DNA of 32,000 bases from NCBI GenBank assembly GCA_016196885.1, contig JACPWU010000003.1, forward strand, positions 30,001-62,000, read 5' to 3'. The position numbers were made by a program, and so were the translations under genes. Shown one piece after another: positions 1 through 7,688 of this stretch (positions are counted from its first letter, which is position 1; each line of letters opens with the position of its first letter). Origin of the DNA: Chlamydiota bacterium (lineage in GTDB: Bacteria; Auribacterota; JACPWU01). Below the pieces are notes generated by a model that saw only the letters and a list, made by a program, of their open reading frames with translations, did no database searches and was not told the DNA's origin.

Positions 1-1
1 C

Positions 2-3000
2 TTGATAGGATTGATCACATTTGTCGCAGGGGTGATTTTCACACAAGTGACAGGTTTTTCTTTCACATTTCCCTTGTTTATTCTCCTCGAGGTAGTTTCT
101 ATCGTAGTTCCTTCGCTCATTCATGCCATCCATGACATTCGCTTCTGGTTCGGTCATGAAGAATTGACCTTGCATAGTGCGGGCAATGTGTCATTGCAAG
201 ACCTGACCCCAAATAGACTGCTTCAGAAATATTTGGATGAAGGGACCATGCTTCAGATAACACTTGTAAATGGAGCGGGTATACGCGTTTTATTCGGTCA
301 GATTGAGAAGATAGAAGTTTCCGGATATTCCCCAGTTTTTTATTTGAAGGGGTCCCTTTTGCCAGTTCCTATTCAAGATAATGTCAAAGTTAAACCTGTT
401 ACAAAAGCTGAAATCTATAAATCGGTTAGAAAATCTTTGGGGGAACTTGCAGGCGAGTCGTATTTTGGGAAGAAGTTTTTAAAAACATTGATAGAAATTC
501 CAGATGCCATCAACAAGTTTCTGAGTGGGGTGGATAGCCATGGTCAGCTAGAGTTGAAAGAGAGATTTCCAACAGCTGCTCAGTCTTATCAAGGTGCGCT
601 CGCAGCATGCTTTTCTGAAAAGGGGAGTACAAAGCTTGCTTATCTATTGATGAGACAATATAAATTGCCTGATGATCTTCGAAAAAGGGACAGCATTCCC
701 TTTCTTTTCGATGAAAAATTGTCAGAAACGGGAGGGCTTTCAAAATGGGTGGAAGATGTATTTGTTTTAGAGGGAGAAGCTTTTGAAACTTTGATCAATC
801 AGCAATATGAATCAAGTGTCCGATATATTGGGGGAGTATCAGCGATGAAAATGGATGATTTCATTCGGGATGTTGAAGGGGATAAATCAAAATTCAAGAT
901 GTCTCTCATTCATGCGCTGGTGGTCTCTTATAAGGATCTCGAAGGTCGAATGCCTATCGAGACATTTAAGACTCTGCTCGTCAGAGTTGTCATGGAGGCT
1001 TATACGGAATCTCACCTGAAGAATGCGCATCACGCCTTAACCATTGGTTTAGGACTATTGAGGGAAATGAAGTCACCCAAGACATTTTTCAGAGTCTTGT
1101 ATCATGAATTTGGGCATAACCTCCTAGAAATGGTTCATTATTTAGAATACAAAACTTTCTTAGAAAAAGCCCAGAACGAATTAATCAGTGATTTAATGAT
1201 GTGTTCTGTCCAGGGTGAGGGCGTTCATGATATTCGAGAGGCGATTGGATTTTTACAATATGCTTCTGCCGGTATGACGGCCGATGTTAATCGGGGTCAG
1301 GCGTTTAGTCCTCATGATTTGGCAAGGGCCCAATTGATGAAATTATTCAACAGAATTGGAGAGGCAAATGAGCGCCGTGCAAAACAAGGACTTCCAGCGG
1401 TTCGATTGAACTTTAAAGAGTTATTGTTCAGTGCACTGGAGCTGGGTTTTGATGAAAAAGGTGATTTTTCACAGTGGTTTAATCAAGTGATTCAAAAGGC
1501 GTTACGTCCTCAAAAGACTTTTGTGCTGGAAGGGGGAGTAACAGTTTTTTCTCAACAGCAATTAATGACACGATGGGATAAGTTTAAAAGAATAGCCCTC
1601 CTCTCTCTTTATGGTTTAATCCCCGTCGTAGTACTTCCCATCATTATTTTATATAGGTTGCGTATTTTAAAGAAGTCCTTCCTTCAAAATTTTGTTCATT
1701 GGATGAGGGCATTCATCGGTAAACGAGGCCAAGTGAACTCACTGGATTGGCTGCCGGGAGAATTAGAACATCTTGACGTTTCAAGAGGAGTACGATTGTC
1801 AGAAGTGACTGCCAAACGCATTGGAACTCGAGCAAATGAAAAAGATGTCAAATGGGATCGGAGCAATGAAGTTGATATTACAAATGAAGTGCAGGCATCT
1901 TTAATCGAAGTGATTCAGGTTGTGCTTGGAAATGCTCATGTGGATGAGGATGCCACAAGAGCGCCACCGGGTCTGGAAAGACATTCTACATACGAACAAA
2001 TTTTGAGGAACGTTAGCGAGGCTCTCGAACGTGGAAAAATCAGAATTGTTTATGCCGATTTTGACAATGATGATGTTGAGGCGACGCGTGTTTTTGAAGA
2101 CGGTGTGCTGACGGTGGTGATAAATCGAAAGGCCTTAGATTTGGAGATCATCCTCTCCTACGTCGCCCACGAGTTTGGCGAAGAAAAAGCAGGCCTCTTA
2201 CACCCTGAAGTCGCCAGTGGCCTTGAGCCCTTCATTCGCTGGAGGCTTTCCGGAGGAAAGGATTTTATTCCGCGCAGAATAGAACGGGCTGTCGGGCTAG
2301 CTGTCTTAAAAGCATTAAATGGGGATATGACGGCTCAACAATATTTAGAAGATTTTTTAAATGGTTATCAATACGACCGTGAGAAATATGGACGAGAAGG
2401 AGAAGAAGTTGCCAATGAATTCTCTCGCGAGGTTAGGGGATGTTGTGAAGATGCTATTGTGAGAGATATCAGAGAGCTGACTCAATCAGGTTCTCTTTCT
2501 ATTCTTAGGAATATACCTGGAGGGCTTTTCAAACTTTTGATTGACGTGGTTAATTCGTCTGCTCACTACAAAGGAGAAAGTGAGTTGATAGAATTAAGAG
2601 ATAAAATGCTTCAAGAAAGAGGTGTTGATCTAAATAAACCACCTTCTGGGGCGGCAAGATATGCCGATGTATCGGATGCGGTTAAAATCTTAGCGGGAGA
2701 TATCTTACGAGATCCAAAACAAATCACTCTTATTTCTGGCATTCCAGGCTCTGGTAAAACAACATTTGGACAAAGGTTGACAGAGGAATTAAGATCGCGT
2801 TCTTCTTATTTTCGTGTTGAGTTGATTGAAACAGATAATATTCACTCTTCTTTAGAGTATGAAGAAGGAGTGATTTATATCATTGAAGGATCAGCTCTTC
2901 AACAATCCAATTTTCAAGAATATATTGGTAGCTCTATTTTGAAACATGCTTCCCATTCTTCTTTCAGAAGAGTTGGGATGTATGCCCCTGTTGAAGCAGT

Positions 3001-4435
3001 AAAGACAAGAATACAAGGACGGAGCAGGGATAAAATGGATATTGATTTGTACTGGCAGGCCTATGATCGAATGCTTTATTGGTATTTGGCAGAGGATTTT
3101 TCTCAATATCAAATGGTGGTGCTTAATTATTCATTAGGAAAAGAGGGTCTGCAGGAACTTGAAAAAGCAGGCTATCCGATTCTTAGATCTATCGATGATC
3201 AATCTTTACCCCCTCTTCGCCCCGGTCAAGATCGTTACAAAGTCATCACCGTCTGCCGTGCAAATATTTTTAGAAGTCAGATGCTTCAACTTTTCTTGCA
3301 GAAGATGTTTGAAAAATTGGGATTTGGGTCTCTTTTTGAGGTGAGCTCAAGAGGATTCACTGAACATATTTATAGAGATCCATGGCGCACTCTGTATAAA
3401 GAGTATATTCCAACGAGAGAACGTGTCTATTCCTCTTTAGTGGACAGGGGAGGTCCAGGTCGAAGAGCAGCGGATGAATATTATTTTTTAAAAGAAAGGG
3501 CAGAATTTTTAGGAGATGCTGATATTCAATCTGCCAGTTTAATTTTAGTTGCCGATCAGAATATTAAAGATCGTCTTTCAGAAAAGAATCCAGATCTAGG
3601 TGATCGAGTTCGTTTGATGACTGATTTATTTCCTGAGGGTCATGATCTTTATGGAAAAGATTTGCCGGATCTTCCAGTCAATGGACCTGCTGTAGGGATT
3701 CCTTCTTTAAATGGTGCCCAACTCTGGAAACTTTTAGAAGTTGTAATATCCAATTATCAAAAAGCTTTTGTCCAAAGAATAGACCCCTTCTTCTCCGCCT
3801 TTCAGAAATTTCTGCGGTTGAAATTAAAGCCCACCCAAGCGGGTGAGAAGCCGCGCCTTATTATCATGGATGCTGGGATATTGCAGGGGGAGGGGAACGT
3901 TGAAAGAATGAAAGTGACTTTACGTGCTTTGAGAGATGAGATCGAGAGGAGTCAGGATCAAAATCTAAAAGTTTGGATTACGGGCCTAGATGCCCAAGGG
4001 GCTGCCTTAAATTTATTCTCAGAATTTAAAGAAGAAAAATGGTTTAAATTTATGGATTTGACAAGGGGGGATCAAACACTTACGGATCTTCTAGGTGAAG
4101 AAAGAATAGACCATGAAAATGTGACTGCAGCCTATCTTGACCTTGAAGAACACCGAGCTTTTTTTAAGGGCTTAACGATTCAAAAAGTCGTGGTCCGAAA
4201 GCCGGGTGAAGGAGAAATCCTTTCATTCTCTGCTGTTTTCATGGCCTGCCTTGCTGACAATTATGATGAATTACTCGCTCAATTTGATGATCCTGAGCAA
4301 CGCGCTCAGGTAGAGCAAGTGATTGCGCAAGTGAGAGAGGGTAATTTAACGGCTTTGTTTGTGAAACCTGTCCGTGTGTCTGATGCTTTACAAGGGAAGA
4401 TAAGCGCGAGAGAAGAGGCACAGACCAACATGTAG
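2..4435 (+). CDS. 3' part (1477 codons, 5'-truncated by the window edge) of a very large multidomain protein of unknown function
   Basis: This is the longest closed ORF in the track and is open at the left edge; the antisense ORFs are short. Motifs read from the translation: YHEFGHNLLEM (HExxH, nt 1103-1117), hydrophobic IALLSLYGLIPVVVLPIIILY (about nt 1600-1670), Walker A GIPGSGKTT (nt 2738-2764), and CX5R(S) VCRANIFRS (nt 3254-3277). Confidence 0.85.
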   Translation: MIGLITFVAGVIFTQVTGFSFTFPLFILLEVVSIVVPSLIHAIHDIRFWFGHEELTLHSAGNVSLQDLTPNRLLQKYLDEGTMLQITLVNGAGIRVLFGQIEKIEVSGYSPVFYLKGSLLPVPIQDNVKVKPVTKAEIYKSVRKSLGELAGESYFGKKFLKTLIEIPDAINKFLSGVDSHGQLELKERFPTAAQSYQGALAACFSEKGSTKLAYLLMRQYKLPDDLRKRDSIPFLFDEKLSETGGLSKWVEDVFVLEGEAFETLINQQYESSVRYIGGVSAMKMDDFIRDVEGDKSKFKMSLIHALVVSYKDLEGRMPIETFKTLLVRVVMEAYTESHLKNAHHALTIGLGLLREMKSPKTFFRVLYHEFGHNLLEMVHYLEYKTFLEKAQNELISDLMMCSVQGEGVHDIREAIGFLQYASAGMTADVNRGQAFSPHDLARAQLMKLFNRIGEANERRAKQGLPAVRLNFKELLFSALELGFDEKGDFSQWFNQVIQKALRPQKTFVLEGGVTVFSQQQLMTRWDKFKRIALLSLYGLIPVVVLPIIILYRLRILKKSFLQNFVHWMRAFIGKRGQVNSLDWLPGELEHLDVSRGVRLSEVTAKRIGTRANEKDVKWDRSNEVDITNEVQASLIEVIQVVLGNAHVDEDATRAPPGLERHSTYEQILRNVSEALERGKIRIVYADFDNDDVEATRVFEDGVLTVVINRKALDLEIILSYVAHEFGEEKAGLLHPEVASGLEPFIRWRLSGGKDFIPRRIERAVGLAVLKALNGDMTAQQYLEDFLNGYQYDREKYGREGEEVANEFSREVRGCCEDAIVRDIRELTQSGSLSILRNIPGGLFKLLIDVVNSSAHYKGESELIELRDKMLQERGVDLNKPPSGAARYADVSDAVKILAGDILRDPKQITLISGIPGSGKTTFGQRLTEELRSRSSYFRVELIETDNIHSSLEYEEGVIYIIEGSALQQSNFQEYIGSSILKHASHSSFRRVGMYAPVEAVKTRIQGRSRDKMDIDLYWQAYDRMLYWYLAEDFSQYQMVVLNYSLGKEGLQELEKAGYPILRSIDDQSLPPLRPGQDRYKVITVCRANIFRSQMLQLFLQKMFEKLGFGSLFEVSSRGFTEHIYRDPWRTLYKEYIPTRERVYSSLVDRGGPGRRAADEYYFLKERAEFLGDADIQSASLILVADQNIKDRLSEKNPDLGDRVRLMTDLFPEGHDLYGKDLPDLPVNGPAVGIPSLNGAQLWKLLEVVISNYQKAFVQRIDPFFSAFQKFLRLKLKPTQAGEKPRLIIMDAGILQGEGNVERMKVTLRALRDEIERSQDQNLKVWITGLDAQGAALNLFSEFKEEKWFKFMDLTRGDQTLTDLLGEERIDHENVTAAYLDLEEHRAFFKGLTIQKVVVRKPGEGEILSFSAVFMACLADNYDELLAQFDDPEQRAQVEQVIAQVREGNLTALFVKPVRVSDALQGKISAREEAQTNM
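2717..3110 (+). other. P-loop NTPase module, uridine-kinase/phosphoribulokinase-like (domain of the 2-4435 ORF)
   Basis: KQITLISGIPGSGKTTFGQRL ... RVELIETDNI ... VIYIIEGSAL ... RIQGRSRD. The order is Walker A, then hhhhD, then hhhhEG, then an Arg-rich lid. Family assigned by eye only. Confidence 0.5.
3236..3690 (+). other. Low-molecular-weight phosphotyrosine phosphatase / ArsC-fold module (domain of the 2-4435 ORF)
   Basis: YKVITVCRANIFRSQMLQLFL ... FEVSSRGF ... ILVADQNIKDRL ... GKDLPDLP. This matches the V-C-x5-R-S phosphate-binding loop, the S-x-G motif and a downstream acidic loop in the positions expected for LMW-PTPs. Confidence 0.6.
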
Positions 4436-4466
4436 GGACGCGCCTTGAGTTCAGCGTTTCCCTTGC

Positions 4467-4645
4467 TTTCACCTGAAAATAGTCTTTAGTCATTCTTATA
4501 CAATGACTCATGATGACTTGTAGTCGCCCGATTTATCGGGCAATGCCCAATGCCACAATGTCATAGACCGCCCCATAAATGGGGCGACTACAAGGGTAAT
4601 TTTCATCCCCCTTTGTGCCGACCTCAGTCGGCATGAATGTTTCAT
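4467..4645. repeat. Left copy (179 bp) of a long inverted repeat; composite of several hairpins
   Basis: Base-by-base comparison shows 4467-4645 is the reverse complement of 7466-7634, with 2 mismatches (4555, 4611) and one 10-bp indel (4594-4603 is extra here). Internal hairpins: agtcatt/aatgact (4488-4508), gcccgat/atcgggc (4526-4541), cgcccca/tggggcg (about 4569-4586), tgccgac/gtcggca (4616-4633). There is a long-range stem gtagtcgcc/ggcgactac (4520-4528 / 4583-4591) and a tandem heptamer caatgcc x2 (4541-4554). Confidence 0.95.
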
Positions 4646-4674
4646 TGTATGATGTATAGATGTAAGGAGGGGAT

Positions 4675-4950
4675 ATGAGCGCCGTAGGTTTTGTGAGGGT
4701 TAATTTTATTTTGCCCAAAAATCTTTATCAAGCTTTAAAGGCTCTGGTTCCTGAAAGAAAAAGGAGCAAGCTGGTTACAAATTTGATTCAAAAGGAATTA
4801 AAGCGGGTGGAGAACAATCTTTACAAGGTGGCCAGAGCTGTGGAAAAAGATAAGAAGCTGCATCAGGAGATGCAAATATGGGACGTCACCTTAAACGATG
4901 GATTAGATGACCACGAATTTCAAGTTCTGGAAAGGAACACCCTCCGTTGA
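4675..4950 (+). CDS. Ribbon-helix-helix (CopG/MazE-like) antitoxin whose frame now runs on into the first codons of a decayed MazF-type toxin
   Basis: GGAGG at 4666-4670 precedes the ATG at 4675. The N-terminus VRVNFILPKNLYQALKALVPERKRSKLVTNLIQKEL has the RHH strand-helix-helix pattern. The tail QIWDVTLNDGLDDHEFQ resembles a MazF/PemK N-terminus (GdIw.v.l.P..G.E). Confidence 0.55.
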   Translation: MSAVGFVRVNFILPKNLYQALKALVPERKRSKLVTNLIQKELKRVENNLYKVARAVEKDKKLHQEMQIWDVTLNDGLDDHEFQVLERNTLR

Positions 4951-5105
4951 CAATTCAAGTTACCTGCATGGGAAGACCTGCTATTGCAGTGATTGATCAA
5001 ATCAGAGCGGTTGATAAATCAAGAATTGTGAAACTTTGTGATGAGCTTCATTCTCAAGAAATGTTGAGTTTAGAAGCGGCTCTTAGAGCAGTGCTGGGGT
5101 TGTAA
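4870..5105 (+). pseudogene. MazF/PemK-family toxin remnant (internal deletion plus frame change)
   Basis: The N-terminal piece is in the antitoxin frame (MQIWDVTLNDGLDDHEFQ, from 4870). The C-terminal piece is in another frame (codons from 4923): HPPLTIQVTCMGRPAIAVIDQIRAVDKSRIVKLCDELHSQEMLSLEAALRAVLGL, stop at 5103-5105. This is the typical MazF C-terminal half (.dQiR.vDk.Ri....g.l). The central ~30-40 aa (RP.lVvs..TS) is missing, so about 236 nt remain where roughly 330 nt would be expected. Confidence 0.5.
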
Positions 5106-5143
5106 ACGGGTGATGGATATATTTTTTTAAATGAGTAAAATCA

Positions 5144-5166
5144 GATTATATGATAATATGATTATC
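5144..5166 (+). promoter_or_regulatory. Possible operator/promoter of the Phd-VapC operon
   Basis: AT-rich gattatatgataatatgattatc, with ATATGAT repeated at 5148-5154 and 5156-5162, lies just upstream of GGAGG (5173-5177) and the ATG at 5184. TA operons are usually autoregulated at such repeats. No experimental basis. Confidence 0.25.
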
Positions 5167-5183
5167 AGTTCTGGAGGTGTTCT

Positions 5184-5462
5184 ATGAAAAATGTTCTTGC
5201 GGTAACGGAGATGGCTCGGCATTTTGCGGAGTATATCAATCGTGTAGCTTATCGGGGCGAGTGTTTTGTGCTTTTGCGTGGAAAAAAGGCGGTTGCAGAA
5301 ATTAAGCCTGTTTTAGGGGGAAAGCGCCTGAGGGAGTTGCCGGATATTTTAAAGTCGCTGTCTCATTTATCTGAAGAAGAGGCCGTTTCTTTTAGGCGGG
5401 ATGTAGATCTTTTAAGAAGAAAATCCAGGAAAGAATCCTTGAGGGATCCATGGGCGTCTTGA
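5184..5462 (+). CDS. Phd/YefM-type antitoxin
   Basis: MKNVLAVTEMARHFAEYINRVAYRGECFVLLRGKKAVAEIKPV matches the Phd/YefM N-terminal fold pattern. There is a good SD, and the ORF overlaps the downstream PIN gene by 13 nt. Confidence 0.7.
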   Translation: MKNVLAVTEMARHFAEYINRVAYRGECFVLLRGKKAVAEIKPVLGGKRLRELPDILKSLSHLSEEEAVSFRRDVDLLRRKSRKESLRDPWAS

Positions 5463-5854
5463 TTGATTCAAGTGTATTGATAGAGCTTGAAAGGGGTCGA
5501 GAAGACTCTGCAAAGCTGATCAAAGGGCGAGAGGATGATGAGTTTTTTATATCTGTTGTGACCGCGAGCGAGCTACTTCATGGAGTTTTTCGCGCCAAGC
5601 ATGCCAGTGATCGAACCCGACGTTCCGCTTTTGTAGAGGGTGTTTTGGGCCAATTTCCTCTGATTGACATTGATTTGATGGTGGCTCGGATTCATGCCCG
5701 ATTATATTCAGATCTTGAGTCTAAAGGAACTAAAATTGGAATGAAGGACTCTTGGTTGGCGGCCACGGCAATTGCCTATGATCATACTTTGATGACCTTT
5801 AATATAAAAGACTTCAAAAGGGTGTCCGGCCTCAAAGTAGAATCTCCAGGGTGA
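5450..5854 (+). CDS. vapC: PIN-domain ribonuclease toxin VapC
   Basis: MGVLIDSSVLIELERG (first acidic residue), VVTASELLHG, KDSWLAATAIAY and TFNIKDF give the four conserved acidic positions of VapC in the canonical order. The ORF is translationally coupled to the antitoxin. Confidence 0.8.
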   Translation: MGVLIDSSVLIELERGREDSAKLIKGREDDEFFISVVTASELLHGVFRAKHASDRTRRSAFVEGVLGQFPLIDIDLMVARIHARLYSDLESKGTKIGMKDSWLAATAIAYDHTLMTFNIKDFKRVSGLKVESPG

Positions 5855-5912
5855 CTTTTATTTACTTCAAGCAGCAGATTGTTCTTGGAAGCTTTGTGAT
5901 ATGATCAAAACT

Positions 5913-6314
5913 CTATTCTTCAAGAGCCTGCTTTAAGAATCGGTCCATTTCTTCCACAAATTCCTGGGCCTCGATGAGGGCCTTCTCTGCTACTTCTTGG
6001 TCAATGGCAGAATAAATCTCATAATCGCCGTTCTCGCGATCGTCTTTGAGATTGGATAGATAGCGACCGAATTTACGATCCACTTTCCCTGTTTTTACGA
6101 AATGAAGGCCGAAGAGGTTGACCAATCCCTGATGTGTTTGAGCGGACAAGCCTTCTGTGAGAAGAACAGCTTGTGCAGCATGAAAAGCGGCATAATAGGC
6201 TCTTGAAACCGCATCGTCATAGGCTTTCAGTTTTACAAGCGATTCAGTCACTGAAAGTTTTTCCTTGGCCTTCTCAATATATCCCTGAATGAGGGAAGAA
6301 GTTTTTTTATCCAA
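5913..6314 (-). CDS. hepT: HEPN-domain toxin of an MNT-HEPN pair
   Basis: AYDDAVSRAYYAAFHAAQAVLLTEGL ... HQGLVNLF ... LKDDRENGDYE is the HEPN helical pattern with an R-x4-6-(H/Y) type motif. The ORF overlaps the upstream nucleotidyltransferase gene by 8 nt. Confidence 0.7.
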   Translation of the reverse strand: MDKKTSSLIQGYIEKAKEKLSVTESLVKLKAYDDAVSRAYYAAFHAAQAVLLTEGLSAQTHQGLVNLFGLHFVKTGKVDRKFGRYLSNLKDDRENGDYEIYSAIDQEVAEKALIEAQEFVEEMDRFLKQALEE

Positions 6315-6624
6315 TTTTGATGCCTTCTTTTTGAATATGTTCCATAAAAGGGGTTGGAATCTGTCTCAAGCGATCAAATTCAGTTCTCTTGAAAAATTTC
6401 AGAGAGATCACCTTTCCTGTTTCTAAGAGGATGTCTAAGACGATGTCGTAGAGTGCATCTTTGAATTCGAGGTCCATTCTAGACAGGACGATCAAAACAT
6501 CATAGTCAGAATCAGGTCGAGCATCGCCCCTGGCCCTGGAGCCAAAAAGGTAAAGCTCCTCCATGGGCCCCTTCAATCGAAGGGTTTCTTGAATGAATCT
6601 TTGCAAGATAGGGTCTATGATCAT
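6307..6624 (-). CDS. mntA: Minimal nucleotidyltransferase (MNT) antitoxin
   Basis: LFGSRARGDARPDSDYDVLIV is the G-S-x9-12-D-x-D nucleotidyltransferase signature. Size is ~105 aa, and it lies upstream of and overlaps the HEPN gene. Confidence 0.8.
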   Translation of the reverse strand: MIIDPILQRFIQETLRLKGPMEELYLFGSRARGDARPDSDYDVLIVLSRMDLEFKDALYDIVLDILLETGKVISLKFFKRTEFDRLRQIPTPFMEHIQKEGIKIG

Positions 6625-6658
6625 GGGGGCATTATATCATATTGTGTGTAAAAGAAAG

Positions 6659-6706
6659 ATCTCTCGTCCCCAGCCCTTTGTGAACAAAGGGCTGGGGACG
6701 AGAGAT
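6659..6706. repeat. Perfect 48-bp palindrome (22-bp arms, 4-nt loop) between two divergent TA operons
   Basis: atctctcgtccccagccctttg tgaa caaagggctggggacgagagat, read directly. The right end continues ...gagagatgaca, sharing the tgtcatctc terminus of the 11707-11802 element. Confidence 0.9.
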
Positions 6707-6774
6707 GACACGCAATTTAACGCGTTTGTATTAGTTCGGCTAGGTATTTGACATTGCTATTCAAGATATTTTTG

Positions 6775-6783
6775 TGTTACAAT
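6775..6783 (+). promoter_or_regulatory. Possible extended -10 (TGT TACAAT) for the RHH-PIN operon
   Basis: tgttacaat at 6775-6783. A ttgaca at 6748-6753 is 24 nt away, which is too far for a canonical -35. The position argues that the ATG at 6812 (GGGAGG at 6796-6801), not 6782, is the real start. Confidence 0.3.
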
Positions 6784-6811
6784 GTCTTACATAAAGGGAG
6801 GATTGCCTCGA

Positions 6812-7030
6812 ATGAATACGACATTGACCATACGGATCCCAAGCCGTCTTCGCAGGGAACTCAAGGAGATGAGTAAGCTTGAGCATGTGCCCATGAGTGA
6901 ACTTGTTCGGGTTTCTTTGGCCAATTTTGTTTCTTTGAGAAAATTTCGTAAGCTAAGACAGCAAGTGCTCCCCTTTGCCGAGGCCCAAGGGCTTCTCTCA
7001 GACGAAGATGTTTTCAGAGTTCTTTCATGA
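6812..7030 (+). CDS. Ribbon-helix-helix (CopG-like) antitoxin
   Basis: MNTTLTIRIPSRLRRELKEMSKLEHVPMSELVRVSLANFV shows the RHH pattern. The start is moved from the track's 6782 to 6812 because of the SD spacing. The stop overlaps the PIN start (ATGA at 7027-7030). Confidence 0.65.
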   Translation: MNTTLTIRIPSRLRRELKEMSKLEHVPMSELVRVSLANFVSLRKFRKLRQQVLPFAEAQGLLSDEDVFRVLS

Positions 7031-7434
7031 AGGTTCTTCTGGATAGCAATGTGATTGTTGCTGCCTTTGCGGCTCGTGGATTATGCCATGCCCTATTCGA
7101 GGTTTGTCTCGCAAAGCACCAGATCGTACTGGGCCCTTACATTGTAGATGAGGTCAAAAAGGCCCTTCGAGAGAAGATAAAACTTCCTTCAGGGAAAATT
7201 GAAGAAATAGTTTTCTTTCTTAAATCTCGCGCCTTTTTTGTTGAACCTGTCAGATTATCTGAAAATCCATGTCGTGATGCGAAAGATCTTCAAATTCTCG
7301 CATTGGCTGTGAGCGCAAAAGCGAGGTGCCTTATAACAGGTGATAAGGACTTGCTTTTTCTCAAGAGGTATCAATCCATTTTAATTTTGACCCCGCGTGA
7401 GTTCTGGGATTTTTCTAAAACTTATAAAGATTAA
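7027..7434 (+). CDS. PIN-domain toxin (the PIN family with a GDKDLL motif)
   Basis: MKVLLDSNVIVAAF ... DAKDLQILALAV ... LITGDKDLLFL is typical of the putative toxin PIN family. The gene is coupled to the RHH gene. Its last codons and stop (7432-7434) lie inside the 29-bp direct repeat. Confidence 0.75.
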   Translation: MKVLLDSNVIVAAFAARGLCHALFEVCLAKHQIVLGPYIVDEVKKALREKIKLPSGKIEEIVFFLKSRAFFVEPVRLSENPCRDAKDLQILALAVSAKARCLITGDKDLLFLKRYQSILILTPREFWDFSKTYKD

Positions 7435-7456
7435 GCAGCCGATCGTTCCTGGATGT
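7428..7456. repeat. Copy A of a perfect 29-bp direct repeat
   Basis: agattaagcagccgatcgttcctggatgt is identical at 7428-7456 and 7689-7717, checked base by base. Confidence 0.95.
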
Positions 7457-7465
7457 TCAATTGCT

Positions 7466-7634
7466 ATGAAACATTCATGCCGACTGAGGTCGGCACAAAA
7501 GGGGATGTTGTAGTCGCCCCATTTATGGGGCGGTCTATGACATTGGGGCATTGGGCATTGCCCGATAAATCGGGCGACTACAAGTCATCATGAGTCATTG
7601 TATAAGAATGACTAAAGACTATTTTCAGGTGAAA
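7466..7634. repeat. Right copy (169 bp) of the long inverted repeat
   Basis: Reverse complement of 4467-4645 (see the left copy). The identity breaks exactly at 7465/7466 and 7634/7635. Confidence 0.95.
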
Positions 7635-7688
7635 TGCGGGCTAGGGACGATGTCAACATTCTATTTTGGTGGAATGCTAATTTGCGAT

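Noticed and set aside
2171-2185. Second HExxH-like string, AHEFGEE, in the upstream large ORF
   Set aside because: It lacks the second histidine (HEFGE), so it is not a zincin motif.
4433-4440. 8-mer tagggacg just outside both inverted-repeat copies (4433-4440 and 7642-7649) as a possible target-site duplication
   Set aside because: The distances to the repeat ends differ (26 nt versus 7 nt), and a single 8-mer match in such windows can arise by chance.
4239-4511. Twin small ORFs starting MSHCIRMTKDYFQVK (4239-4511 minus strand and 7590-7823 plus strand)
   Set aside because: The shared N-terminus is a by-product of the inverted repeat. Downstream sequences differ completely and overlap real genes in antisense.
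6748-6753. TTGACA as the -35 for the RHH-PIN operon
   Set aside because: The spacing to the only good -10 (tacaat at 6778-6783) is 24 nt, outside the functional range. Only the extended -10 is retained, at low confidence.
4467-7634. Composite transposon or IS element
   Set aside because: No transposase, integrase or recombinase ORF lies inside or next to the inverted repeats. All internal ORFs are TA components. It is kept as a finding only as a non-autonomous or invertible cassette hypothesis.
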